Origin: Polyangiales bacterium
GTDB taxonomy: Bacteria > Myxococcota_A > Polyangia > Polyangiales > Polyangiaceae
Direction: 5' to 3'
NCBI GenBank assembly: GCA_038230375.1
Contig: JBBRNJ010000111.1
Coordinates: 1 to 24,199, forward strand
DNA: 24,199 nucleotides
The notes below the pieces were generated by a model. That model worked only from the letters and a program-made list of their open reading frames with translations. It made no database searches and had not been told where the DNA came from. Positions 14,472 to 23,919 of this stretch are shown piece by piece; position 1 is the first letter of the stretch, and each line of letters begins with the position of its first letter. The position numbers and the translations under genes are program-made.

Positions 14472-15572
14472 TCACGCCCTGCGCAGGCGGAGGATGACGA
14501 CGGCGGGCGCCACGCCCAGGCGCATGGGCGGGCCCGTGGTCCCGAGACCCGGGTGGACGTACAGCGTGCTCGCGTCCTTCACGTACTTGCCCAGGCTGTA
14601 GCTGTGCGCGAAGCGGCTCGGCGTTATCCAGCGCGCAAGAAACGGCATTGCCACCTGTCCGCCGTGCGTGTGCCCGCTGAGCGTGAGCGAGACGTCCCGA
14701 TCGCGAGCGCTGTCCCACTGGTCGGGATCGTGGGCAAGGAGGATCGTCTTCATGCCGGCTGGGCGCTGCGACAGCGCCTTTTCCATGTCCGCGCGGCGCG
14801 TCCACGTGTCGTCGATAGCTGCAAGATACACGGATTCTCCAGCGCGCTCGATCGCCTTGCCCTCGTTGCGCATCACGGTCACGCCAGCCTCGCGCACGAG
14901 CGTGATGAGCGGCTCTCCGTCACCGAAGTAGTCGTGGTTGCCCATGGAGAGAACAGTGCCATCTCTGGCCCGGAGTGCGCCGAGCACGCGCGCGATGTCC
15001 ACGTGGAATACGGTGCCATTCGTCACCACGTCGCCCGTCACCACGCAGAGGTCCGGCTTGCGCGCGTTCGCGGCGCGCACCCAGCGCATCGCAAAGTCCG
15101 CGGGCATCAGCCCGCCGATGTGCAGGTCCGACAGGTGCGCGATGGTATAGCCGTCGAACGCGGCGGGGAGCCCCGCGATCGTGATGTCCACTTCCGTGAC
15201 TACGAACCACCACCGGCGCACGAAGACCGCGTACGCCGCGATCAGGGCGCCGGTCTGATACGTCCACCGGAAGAAGCCAAGGTGCACGCCGGTGAGCGGC
15301 ATCAGCAGGATCGCCAGCATCCCCGGAAGCAGCAGGAAGACGCACGCGCCGAAGTGCACGAAGTACGGCATGTCGAGGAGCCAGAGACGCGCCCAGCTCC
15401 GCGGCTTGTCGTCTATCGCGACGCGCAGCCGCCCCATGAAGAGGCGAATGCCCAGGGCGACCAGTCCGAGCGCGAGCACGAGCGCGAACCAGAATGACAG
15501 CCCGGCTTGCCGCGCGCCATCGAAGACGGCCAGAGCGAACGGGCCGTGCATCACCACGCTCGCCATCAGCAC
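14472..15572 (-). CDS. Membrane-anchored metallophosphoesterase (YkuE/YaeI-like)
   Basis: Several N-terminal hydrophobic helices, then HLSDLH, VTGD, GNHD, LLAHDP and LSGHTHGGQ. Start uncertain (GTG 15572 or ATG 15566). Confidence 0.88.
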   Translation of the reverse strand: MLMASVVMHGPFALAVFDGARQAGLSFWFALVLALGLVALGIRLFMGRLRVAIDDKPRSWARLWLLDMPYFVHFGACVFLLLPGMLAILLMPLTGVHLGFFRWTYQTGALIAAYAVFVRRWWFVVTEVDITIAGLPAAFDGYTIAHLSDLHIGGLMPADFAMRWVRAANARKPDLCVVTGDVVTNGTVFHVDIARVLGALRARDGTVLSMGNHDYFGDGEPLITLVREAGVTVMRNEGKAIERAGESVYLAAIDDTWTRRADMEKALSQRPAGMKTILLAHDPDQWDSARDRDVSLTLSGHTHGGQVAMPFLARWITPSRFAHSYSLGKYVKDASTLYVHPGLGTTGPPMRLGVAPAVVILRLRRA

Positions 15573-15628
15573 CCTTCGCAGAAACCTCGGAATGCGCCGC
15601 TTCCTCGGCTGGTCGGCCGCATCTCCGC

Positions 15629-17941
15629 TCAGGGAATGACTCCCTCGATCACGGCGCCGTCGTCGCAGATCGCGCGCACCATGCGTCCGGTGGCCCATAC
15701 GGCAACGACGTTGGGCGCGAACCCGAGCTCGAATGGCATGCGGATCCAGCTGCCAGAACAGCGACGCAGGAGGCGCGTGGCGGCGGAGCCGGCCCAGATG
15801 CCCCCGTCCTCGGACACGTGGAGGCAGAGCAGATCGCGTGTAGTCTGCACGGCTTCGAGCTGTGGCTCCAGGCGCTGCGTCAGGATCAGCGCGTGGCCGC
15901 CCGCGCCCACGGTGACTGCGCCGCCGTCCGATGTGCGCTCGATGCAGGTGAGGTGTCCGGCGCAGATGGTGCCCACGGTCTCGGCGACGCCCATCTCCAG
16001 GCGGACGAGCGTGCCGAACGTGCCGCAAGCGACCAGCTGGCCCGCGCTGGTGCGCGCAACGCTGGACAAACGCGTGCATGATGCAGCTTCCGCGAGCGTG
16101 ACCAGGCGCTGGCCTTGCCACTGCGCGAGCACACCCACGGTGGTGCCGGGCACCTTGCGTGGCGCGGACGCGCGGTACGGGCGCTCGCCCACCAACGTGA
16201 CAATGCCGTTGTCTTCCGAGCGACCGCCGAAGAAGGCCACGTCGCGGTCGGGGACGTTCCAGTAGTCCAGACCGCCAGAGGGCAAGAGGCGCGCGACGAA
16301 TGCGCGGTCGCCGTAGAGCAGGATCTCGCGGTCGCGGAGCCACAACGCGCCCTGGATGATGCGCGGGTCGAAGCCGCCAGGCAGCGGGATCGAGTACCAC
16401 ATGCCCCGCTCCCAGCGCGCGATGCCCATCGGCCCGACACCAAGCGCCACGTCACCGCCGGGCGCGAAGACCGCCGAGCGCACGGTGCCCGCCTTGATCG
16501 ACGGTGTGATCACGCGGAACTTCCACGACATGGGGTTCGAAGCGGTCGCCTCGGACACACGCTGCGAATATGCGTGCGTGGGCTGCACCTGGCTCTGATG
16601 CGGCGACATCGCCACGGTGGACTGCAGCACGCTCTGCGGAGGACCAGAGCCACTACCGCTCGCGGCGCTCGGCTGCCCACTGGGCGATCCGCCGTACCCG
16701 CTTGGCCGGCCACTGCCCTGCGCGCTGGGCTGTCCGCTCTGTGCCTGCGAGGGCTGCGCTTGCGACATCACCGCAGAGGGCACCGCGATGCTCGCAGGCG
16801 CCGGGTTGATCTTTGCAACGACGCGCGAGGACATCACGGCCTCGCGGTCGGCGCGCGCGGTCGCCTCGAAGGGCGAGACCTTGCTACCCGGCCCGCTCTG
16901 CGAGTCCTCGCTGGCGGCCAGGCGCAGCGCGGGTTCGATGGCGGTCCAGAACTCCGTCACGGTGGCGTGGCGTTCCTTCGGGTCCGCGGCGAGTGCCTTC
17001 TTCACCTCTCGGTCGAGTGACTCGATCAGCGCAGTGCGCGTGGCGAGCTCGGGCGCGAGCGCGTCGCGATGTTGCATGAGCTCGGGCCGGGGCGAGTTCA
17101 TGATCCGCGTGACGATGAGCAGCGGATTCTCACCCGGATTGAACGGAAACGCGGGCTGTCCCGTGAGCATCTCGAAGAACACCGCGGCGAGAGAGAACAG
17201 GTCCGTGCGCTCCGACACGCGCTCGTTCCGCTGCTCGTACTGCTCCGGCGGCGCGTAGCCCAGCGACGCGCCGGCGAGCGACGTTGTGCGCTGCAGGTTC
17301 ATGTCCACCAGCTTCACCAGGCCAAAGTCCGTGACCTTGGCGATCTCCACGCCGCCCTCGGTGGCCAGCAGGATGTTCGACGGCTTCAGATCGCGGTGGA
17401 CGATCTTCTTCGCATGCACCAGGTCGAGCGCCTGCACCACGTGCCGCGTCAGCCGACGCGTGCGGTCCACGGACAGCCCGCGGCCACCTTGATCGGTGAG
17501 CACGCGCTCGAGCGTGGGGCCGTTCACGTACTCGAGCACGGTGAATGGCATGCCGAGCGGCTCGCCGCCAAACGGCGATTTGATCTGAGCGATCGCGTGA
17601 TCGTAGAAGCGGACCACGTATGGGTTCGGCTGCGGGACCGTGGACAGCGTGCGCAGGACCTCGGCCTCGCTCTTGAAGCGGAGCAGCGCCTCGGTGCTCA
17701 CGACATCTGGACGCATGACCTTCACGATCACGTAGACGCCGTCGGGATCGTTCCAGGTCGCGCGGAAGACCCAGCCCTGCCCGCCTTCACCAAGGCACTC
17801 GCGCAGGTAGTACTTCGTCTTCTCGGCGCCAATTAAGACCTGGCCGATGAGCGAGTCCCGCAGTGGGGCTAGACGGGGGTCGGAGACGGTAGACACGGCT
17901 CCCGTACGATACCCGCCCTCCTCGGATGATTCCACGGGCAA
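15629..17941 (-). CDS. Hanks-type Ser/Thr protein kinase with a C-terminal beta-propeller-like domain
   Basis: GEGGQG, VIVK, FKSEAE, HRDLKPSN, DFG, YAPPE and DLFSL are all intact. A Ser/Gln/Pro/Gly linker precedes repeated blades (LLYGDRAFV, VACGTFGTLV, VTVGAGGHAL, WAGSAATRLL). Start uncertain (TTG 17941 or a downstream GTG). Confidence 0.92.
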   Translation of the reverse strand: MPVESSEEGGYRTGAVSTVSDPRLAPLRDSLIGQVLIGAEKTKYYLRECLGEGGQGWVFRATWNDPDGVYVIVKVMRPDVVSTEALLRFKSEAEVLRTLSTVPQPNPYVVRFYDHAIAQIKSPFGGEPLGMPFTVLEYVNGPTLERVLTDQGGRGLSVDRTRRLTRHVVQALDLVHAKKIVHRDLKPSNILLATEGGVEIAKVTDFGLVKLVDMNLQRTTSLAGASLGYAPPEQYEQRNERVSERTDLFSLAAVFFEMLTGQPAFPFNPGENPLLIVTRIMNSPRPELMQHRDALAPELATRTALIESLDREVKKALAADPKERHATVTEFWTAIEPALRLAASEDSQSGPGSKVSPFEATARADREAVMSSRVVAKINPAPASIAVPSAVMSQAQPSQAQSGQPSAQGSGRPSGYGGSPSGQPSAASGSGSGPPQSVLQSTVAMSPHQSQVQPTHAYSQRVSEATASNPMSWKFRVITPSIKAGTVRSAVFAPGGDVALGVGPMGIARWERGMWYSIPLPGGFDPRIIQGALWLRDREILLYGDRAFVARLLPSGGLDYWNVPDRDVAFFGGRSEDNGIVTLVGERPYRASAPRKVPGTTVGVLAQWQGQRLVTLAEAASCTRLSSVARTSAGQLVACGTFGTLVRLEMGVAETVGTICAGHLTCIERTSDGGAVTVGAGGHALILTQRLEPQLEAVQTTRDLLCLHVSEDGGIWAGSAATRLLRRCSGSWIRMPFELGFAPNVVAVWATGRMVRAICDDGAVIEGVIP

Positions 17942-18118
17942 TCGGCAGGCAAAACCATATGGATTCCGTCAGCTTTGGCCGATCCGCGCGATTTCAAGGC
18001 TCCCGGGTGGGCTTCAGGGCCGTTTTGCGTCCGATCTTAAACGAGAGAAGGGCCGTAGCAGCGCCACGACCCTCCCCGGAACGATTGCAGGCTCGCTCAC
18101 CGCCGGCTCACCGGCAGT

Positions 18119-18442
18119 TCACCCTTCGAGCAGCTTGAGGAGCGTCTCCTTGTTCGTCACGCCAACGTGCTGGCCCTTGCGCTCGCCGCCCTTGAACACG
18201 ATGACGGTGGGGACGCCACGGACGCCGTACTTCTGCGTGACGCCGGGCGCGTCGTCGATGTCGAGCTTGCCGACCTTGTACTTGCCTGCGAACTCGTCCG
18301 CGAGCTTCTCGACCACGGGCGCGAGGACCTTGCAGGGGCCGCACCACGTCGCCGTGAAGTCGACCAGGACGGGGACGTCGCTCTTCAGGACCTCCGCGTC
18401 GAAGTTCGTGTCCGTCAGCTCAATGATGTTCTTTCCAGCCAT
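18119..18442 (-). CDS. trxA: Thioredoxin, 107 aa
   Basis: VLVDFTATWCGPCK, YGVRGVPT (cis-Pro), FKGG. AAGGAG lies 9 nt upstream of ATG 18442. Confidence 0.96.
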   Translation of the reverse strand: MAGKNIIELTDTNFDAEVLKSDVPVLVDFTATWCGPCKVLAPVVEKLADEFAGKYKVGKLDIDDAPGVTQKYGVRGVPTVIVFKGGERKGQHVGVTNKETLLKLLEG

Positions 18443-18531
18443 GGGCGAAGTCTCCTTCATACACCGCGACGTGCTTCACGCGACGCCGCCACCAACCGTA
18501 GAACGAAGTTAAGCCCGCCGCGCCGGAAAAT

Positions 18532-19770
18532 CTACCGGGGGCCAGCATCCTTCGACGAAGAAGCGTCGTTTTTCGATGGAAGCTTCGACGGAAGGGTCTC
18601 GTCAGGGGCGCGCGGCTTGCGGAAACGCGGGTTCTGGGCGGGATCGCGACCGCGAGGGGCGTCATCTTGCTCGTCTGGTCCCCCGAAGCCAGGCAGCGGG
18701 TCAGTCCTGCGACGGTCTCCCTTGCGGAGATCCAGGGTCCTGCCGATCAACCGGGCGGCGTCCGCAGTGGGCACCGCGGTGCGGACGATGAGCCGCGCGC
18801 CTTCTTGCTCCACCGTGAGGCTGTCCAGCAGCGGCCCGGCGAATAGGCGAAGCGCGAAGTTCTTCCCTAGCTCGAGCCGCTTCCGTTCGATCAGGGTCTT
18901 CACGTTGGAGCATGCGTCGGCGGCCTCGCAGTCGAGCACGGCACGCAGCTCGGTGGTGCCGCCCTCCTCACCTGCGACCAGAGCGGCACCCGCAGTGCTG
19001 ACGGAGAGCACGCCGCTCATCAGATCCTTCGACCCGGCATTGCTCCGCTCCAGCTCTGGCAGCATCTCCGTGCGGACGCGCGCGCGCGTGGACTCCGGAA
19101 GGATGGCCGTGACGAGCACGCTCGGGGTGGGGACCTTGGAGAGCGCGGTGCGAAGGAGCATGTGGCGGCTCTCGGGGCCCATGCGCGGGCGCTTGCCGGA
19201 GCTGGCGTCCATCATCGCGTCGACCATGGAGCCCTTGCCCACGAGGAGCAGCCCGCGCGCGGCGCTCTCCGGCTTGAACGCGAGCCGTGGAAGCGACTCG
19301 CCCTTGCCTTGCATGACGTAGAAGTCGCCCTGCTTCGAGAGCGACGTGTCACCATCCTCGTGCCGCGCCTCTGCGAGCTTCTGCGCGCACAGCTTGATCT
19401 CGTCGGGCGTCACGTCGAGCGTGGCGGCAACTCCGAACTCGCCCTTGTCGCCCTCCTCCGGGATCACGAACACGGCCTTCTGGATGCGCGCCGTGGGGTC
19501 GAACCCGCACGCGCTCTCGACAGCGCCAAGGCCGAGCGCGCGGCCGCCGTCGTCGCCGAACAACGCGGCGTAGATGGGCGAGCGGCGCAGCGATGTGATG
19601 TCCGCGGTCGCGACGAGGAACGCACCCTGGGGCACGGCGTCCAGAGCCTCGTGCGGGCGCGTGCGACGATCGGCCTCGGACACGACGTACAGGAGGGTCG
19701 CGCCAACGGCGACAGCGCCCAGGATCTTGAGCAAGCTGCGACGGTGCTGCTCCGAAGGCGAGAGACTCAT
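18532..19770 (-). CDS. Hypothetical N-terminally membrane-anchored protein, 412 aa
   Basis: ATGA overlap with the upstream oxidoreductase stop; TM segment [15 protein letters not shown], then a globular-looking region ([20 protein letters not shown]) with paired Cys. Confidence 0.75.
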   Translation of the reverse strand: MSLSPSEQHRRSLLKILGAVAVGATLLYVVSEADRRTRPHEALDAVPQGAFLVATADITSLRRSPIYAALFGDDGGRALGLGAVESACGFDPTARIQKAVFVIPEEGDKGEFGVAATLDVTPDEIKLCAQKLAEARHEDGDTSLSKQGDFYVMQGKGESLPRLAFKPESAARGLLLVGKGSMVDAMMDASSGKRPRMGPESRHMLLRTALSKVPTPSVLVTAILPESTRARVRTEMLPELERSNAGSKDLMSGVLSVSTAGAALVAGEEGGTTELRAVLDCEAADACSNVKTLIERKRLELGKNFALRLFAGPLLDSLTVEQEGARLIVRTAVPTADAARLIGRTLDLRKGDRRRTDPLPGFGGPDEQDDAPRGRDPAQNPRFRKPRAPDETLPSKLPSKNDASSSKDAGPR

Positions 19771-21035
19771 GCGTCGAAGTCCGCGACCAGGCGCTGCGCC
19801 TCCACGATGTTGTCCTCGATGGAGCAGTAGGTCCAGCCGCCGTATCGACCGATCGCGTAGACGCCGTGGGCGTTCAGGATGCGGCCCAGGCGCGCGGACT
19901 CCGCGATCGATTTCTGTGTAATATGCACATATGCCGGATCCATCACGACGGAGTGCGAAGAGACCAGCTTGTGGTCCGTGATGACGCCCTCGGCCCGGAG
20001 GTCCGCAAGGACCTTCTGCTTGGCCTCCTCCACGTTCACGGGGGCGCCGTGCTTGTAGCCGAGCTCCACGTAGAGGCTGAGGCGGTCCGCATCGAAGATG
20101 TTGTCGTAGAAGCCAATGCGGTAGAACGAGCGCGCGCGGTCCGGGTAGTAGATCCAGTGAACGTCCTTCGGGCCCTTCTTGTCGAACCCCAGGTTGAAGA
20201 CCAGGACCTTGTTCCACGAGAACGCCGAGGCGTCGTGTTGCAGGTTGCAGGCGCGGAGCAGCGCGGGGAGCGGCATGCTCGAGACCAGGCGCTCGAAGTG
20301 GATCTCGCGTTTGTTCGTCTTCGCGACGCGGGCGCGCAGATCGATCGACTGGAGCTCTTCGCCCAGGCAGATGCGTGAGGTCTCGACCTCGCTCGCGAGC
20401 GCCTTCACGTACTCGATGGCGCCGCCCTCCGGATACGTGAACGCAGCGTTGTAGGACGCGTTGTCCGCCGTGCGCATGTTGCGGATGATGTCGTTGAGGT
20501 CCGCATGCGGGAAAAACCGGCCCATCGCGTCGCGATCGAGCTCGGCAAGGTCCACCGCGTAGAGCTTCTCGTTGTAGGGAATGAGGAATCGCTCTGCGAT
20601 GCCGCGGCCGAACCGCGCATAGAGCATCTCCTTGAAGTTCTTCTCTGGCGGCGGCGCCGTGCCGTCCGTGCGGGTGCGTGCAAAGTACACGTCTACCAGG
20701 CACTCGATGAACTCCTCCTGCGGGAGCTGGTGGATGTTCTTCTGGAACGGGAAATCGATCAGCTTGCCCTTGTACGAGATGGACGACTTCTTCTGCACGT
20801 CGCGGACGCGCTGCCCCGGCATGCGCGCGCGGAGCCAGGCCTCGATGTCCTTGTGCTTGAAGTGGAAGAAGTGGCCCGAGTAGTCCCACGTGAAGCCATC
20901 CTGCTTCACGGTCTTGCAGTAGCCACCGATCTCTTGATCCTTCTCCAGGACCAGGAGGTCCTTCTCCTTGCCGAAGGCGGCGGTCGCGAGCCCGCTGATG
21001 CCAGCGCCGCAGATCAAGTGGCGTACGGAAGTCAT
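19767..21035 (-). CDS. FAD-dependent oxidoreductase (protoporphyrinogen oxidase / UDP-galactopyranose mutase-like superfamily)
   Basis: [12 protein letters not shown]...[29 protein letters not shown]-terminal GRYGGWTY. Confidence 0.85.
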   Translation of the reverse strand: MTSVRHLICGAGISGLATAAFGKEKDLLVLEKDQEIGGYCKTVKQDGFTWDYSGHFFHFKHKDIEAWLRARMPGQRVRDVQKKSSISYKGKLIDFPFQKNIHQLPQEEFIECLVDVYFARTRTDGTAPPPEKNFKEMLYARFGRGIAERFLIPYNEKLYAVDLAELDRDAMGRFFPHADLNDIIRNMRTADNASYNAAFTYPEGGAIEYVKALASEVETSRICLGEELQSIDLRARVAKTNKREIHFERLVSSMPLPALLRACNLQHDASAFSWNKVLVFNLGFDKKGPKDVHWIYYPDRARSFYRIGFYDNIFDADRLSLYVELGYKHGAPVNVEEAKQKVLADLRAEGVITDHKLVSSHSVVMDPAYVHITQKSIAESARLGRILNAHGVYAIGRYGGWTYCSIEDNIVEAQRLVADFDA

Positions 21036-21044
21036 GAATGGTTT

Positions 21045-22112
21045 CTAGACCAGATTGGGGGCGAGCGCTCGCATGCGATCGAGATCCAGGAGCTCGTACG
21101 AGGTGCTCGGCTGCTTGCTCATGCCGCCGTCCGTGAAGATGATGCGCGTCTCGCCCTGGTGTACGCCGCAGCGGTAGATCGGGGCCTCGCTGCCTTCCGC
21201 GTGGAGCACCAGCGTGCGGAGCGTGCCGGGCGCGGGCTCGCCCTGGGCCCAATCGGGCATGAGCTTGCGACACTTGTCGTCGCCGATGTGACCGATGACC
21301 TGCGTCAGGCCCTTCGGCGCGGCGCGCGGATCGAAGCGGCGGCGCGTGGGGCCCCCGGGGACGAAGCCGCTGGTCGGGCGGTGGTAGAACATGCCGCCGC
21401 CTTCGCCGTGCGCGGCGCTGCCCGGCTCGTGCAGGCCCCGGAGCCGCAGCGGACGACGGGAGCGCGCCTCGTGCAGGGCGGCGTTCAGTGCCGCCGCGAT
21501 GGCGGGCGCGCTCTGGCGTTCCTCGTCGACCACGCCGAGCACATCGAGCTCATCGGACGTGAGGCCCGCGTGCAACAGCAGCACGTGCTCGCTCCACGCC
21601 CGCGCCGCGACGAGACGCCCGGCGAGGAGCGCCTGCTCCACGAGCTCACGTTGCTTCGTGCAGAATGCAGCAAAATCCCGCGCGGCGAGCTCCGCCGTTG
21701 GCAGCGTGGGGAAGTCGCGCAAGAGCGCCTGCTCCAGCTGCGCGTCCTTCGTGTCGTAGGCAACCCGCGCGCGCGCACGCGCCTCCGCGAACGTCGCGTC
21801 GTCGAAGGCGGCGAGCTCTCCGACACGCCCCAGATCGTGATTGCCGGCGATGAGGCACACCTGGTCGGGCGCGTGCGCAAGCAGCCAGGAGAACAGCGCA
21901 ACGCCATCCGCCGCGGCGCGCTCGGCATCCGCAGCGCTCCCCCAGTCGAAGTGGTCGCCCATGGACACGAGGCCGACGTCCGAAGACAGCATCCCGTCTT
22001 CACCGAGAAGCCGGTGGGCGTCCAGGACCGCAAGCACCTGCTCCAGCGACGCCTGCGGATCGCCCATGGCCAGCCATCGCGTGGGCGGCCTGCGAGAGGG
22101 CTGGACAAGCAT
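21045..22112 (-). CDS. Metallophosphoesterase, PPP/Shewanella-like phosphatase-related with atypical motifs
   Basis: MGDPQA, MGDHFDWG, AGNHD, LLHAG, QVIGH, FTDGG. ATG 22112 preferred; the ORF extends to 22190. Confidence 0.8.
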   Translation of the reverse strand: MLVQPSRRPPTRWLAMGDPQASLEQVLAVLDAHRLLGEDGMLSSDVGLVSMGDHFDWGSAADAERAAADGVALFSWLLAHAPDQVCLIAGNHDLGRVGELAAFDDATFAEARARARVAYDTKDAQLEQALLRDFPTLPTAELAARDFAAFCTKQRELVEQALLAGRLVAARAWSEHVLLLHAGLTSDELDVLGVVDEERQSAPAIAAALNAALHEARSRRPLRLRGLHEPGSAAHGEGGGMFYHRPTSGFVPGGPTRRRFDPRAAPKGLTQVIGHIGDDKCRKLMPDWAQGEPAPGTLRTLVLHAEGSEAPIYRCGVHQGETRIIFTDGGMSKQPSTSYELLDLDRMRALAPNLV

Positions 22113-22257
22113 CGGATCCGCGAGCGCCCTGGCCCTTTCGCATGCGCGGGCTGCGCGACCGAACCCGGGGGAGGCACCATGCAAGGCCATCGCGTCGTTC
22201 TAGCACGGGCCTGCAAAATCCGTGGCGCGCGGCATGTTGGGCGACTACACATGCCGC

Positions 22258-23841
22258 GTGACCTCCGCCTTCGAAAACCCTGCCTCCGCGGCCCCCGCCG
22301 GCCCGAACGGCAGTCCCGTAGATACGCACGACGCAGCGCCGAAGAGCGCCCAGTCCGTCGTGCACGAGTCTCCCATCGACGTCGCCGCGATCCGCGAGCA
22401 GGTCGCACGCGCACGCAGCGCGCAGGAGCACTGGAAGCTGCGCTCGTTCGACGACCGCGCGCGCGCGTTGACCCGCGCTGCGAAGGAGATGCTGCGCAAG
22501 CGGCACGAGGTGATCGCGCTGGCGCAGGAGGAGATCGGCAAGGTCGCCGCCGAGGGCATCTTCAACGAGGCGCTCGGTCCGCTGGACACGGTGAGCGCCT
22601 GGATCAAGCTCGTTCGGCGGGAGACGGCGCGCCGCGACGTGCGCCTGAACCCGCTGTCGTTCCCGAAGAAGCGCGCGTACGTGGATCTCCTGCCGCGCGG
22701 CGTGATCGGCGTCATCGCGCCCTGGAATTACCCGGTCGCGGGCCTCTATCGTTCGCTCTTTCCGGCGCTGCTCACGGGCAACGGCGTGGTGCTGAAGCCG
22801 TCCGAGTACACGCCGAAGACCTCCGGCTGGCTCGCGGACATGCTGGCGCGGGAGCTGCCCGAAGGGCTCATCTCCGTGGTCCAGGGCGACGGGCGCGCGG
22901 GCGCCGCGCTGATCGAGTCGGGGATCGATGCGTGTATATTCACCGGATCCGTGAAGACGGGCCACACCGTGCAGGTCGCGTGCGCAGAGCACGGCATCCC
23001 GTGCAGCGTGGAGATGGGCGGCAAGGACGCCGCTGTCGTCCTTGGCGACTGTGATCTGTCGAAGACCAGCGCGGGGCTCACGCACTGGACGCTGTCGAAC
23101 GCGGGGCAGGCCTGCGGCGCCATCGAGGTGCTCTACGTCGATCAGTCCATCGCCGACGAGCTCCTGTCACGGCTCACCCGCGCATGGTCCGCGCTCCTCC
23201 CCTACGAGGACATCGCGCCGCTGGGCAACCAGCGCCAGTTCGATCTGGTGCGCGCACAGGTGGAAGAAGCCAAGCAGAAGGGCGCGCGCGTCCTCACCGG
23301 CGGCACTCCCGGCAACGGCCTCTACTATCCGCCCACGCTGCTGGATCACTGCACCCATGCGATGAGCGTCGTCACCGAAGAGACCTTCGGCCCGGTGCTC
23401 GCGGTCATCCGCGTGAGTGGTGCGGGCGAGGCCGTGCGGCGCGTGAACGCCTCGCGCTACGGTCTGGGCGCGTCCATCTGGACCACGGACATTGCGCGCG
23501 GCGAGCGCCTCGCCGAGAAGCTCGAGGTGGGCATCTGCACGATCAACAACCATGCGCTGTCCGGCGCCATCCCGGAGCTGCCCTGGAGCGGCGTGCGCGA
23601 CACCGGCTTCGGCATCGCGAACGGGCCGGAGTCGCTGCACACCTTCGTGCGTCCGCGCGCCACCATCGTGGACGAGTCAAAGGGCGCAGAGGTCTTCTAC
23701 CTGCCCTACGACAAGACACTGGTGGAGCTCGGTCACCTGCTGGCAGACGCGCAGGTCGGCAAGATCCTCGGCGCGTGGAAGCTCCCATTCCTCCTGAAGA
23801 AGCGCGCCGACAGACTGAAGAAGTTCTTCAGCGGAAAGTGA
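22258..23841 (+). CDS. NAD(P)-dependent aldehyde dehydrogenase
   Basis: IAPWNYP, LKPSE, FTGS, EMGGKD (catalytic Glu), NAGQAC (catalytic Cys), EETFGPV, YGLGASIWT. Start uncertain (22222, 22234 or 22258). Confidence 0.93.
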   Translation: MTSAFENPASAAPAGPNGSPVDTHDAAPKSAQSVVHESPIDVAAIREQVARARSAQEHWKLRSFDDRARALTRAAKEMLRKRHEVIALAQEEIGKVAAEGIFNEALGPLDTVSAWIKLVRRETARRDVRLNPLSFPKKRAYVDLLPRGVIGVIAPWNYPVAGLYRSLFPALLTGNGVVLKPSEYTPKTSGWLADMLARELPEGLISVVQGDGRAGAALIESGIDACIFTGSVKTGHTVQVACAEHGIPCSVEMGGKDAAVVLGDCDLSKTSAGLTHWTLSNAGQACGAIEVLYVDQSIADELLSRLTRAWSALLPYEDIAPLGNQRQFDLVRAQVEEAKQKGARVLTGGTPGNGLYYPPTLLDHCTHAMSVVTEETFGPVLAVIRVSGAGEAVRRVNASRYGLGASIWTTDIARGERLAEKLEVGICTINNHALSGAIPELPWSGVRDTGFGIANGPESLHTFVRPRATIVDESKGAEVFYLPYDKTLVELGHLLADAQVGKILGAWKLPFLLKKRADRLKKFFSGK

Positions 23842-23919
23842 CCCGGTCACTCGCGGTGCCACGCGGGTGGTAAGTCGCGTGACCTTTCGCTTCGTCACGG
23901 CGGCGATACGATCACCCGT

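Noticed and set aside
15630..16400. Long 5' extension of the membrane phosphoesterase ORF
   Set aside because: Overlaps the kinase gene out of frame and translates as Arg-rich noise.
18102..18115. GCCGG-CTCA-CCGGC hairpin after trxA as a terminator
   Set aside because: Only a 5-bp stem with no U-tract; expected by chance at this GC content.
22200..22216. TAGCACGGGCCTGCA as a sigma-54 promoter for ALDH
   Set aside because: Lacks the invariant GG and the spacing is one base short. The opposite strand (TGCTAGAAC) could be an extended -10, but support is too weak.
19771..23054. Extension of the 18532-21273 ORF and the 20505-23054 plus-strand ORF
   Set aside because: Off-frame or antisense to the FAD oxidoreductase, phosphoesterase and ALDH genes. 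The ATGA overlap at 19770 gives a better start.
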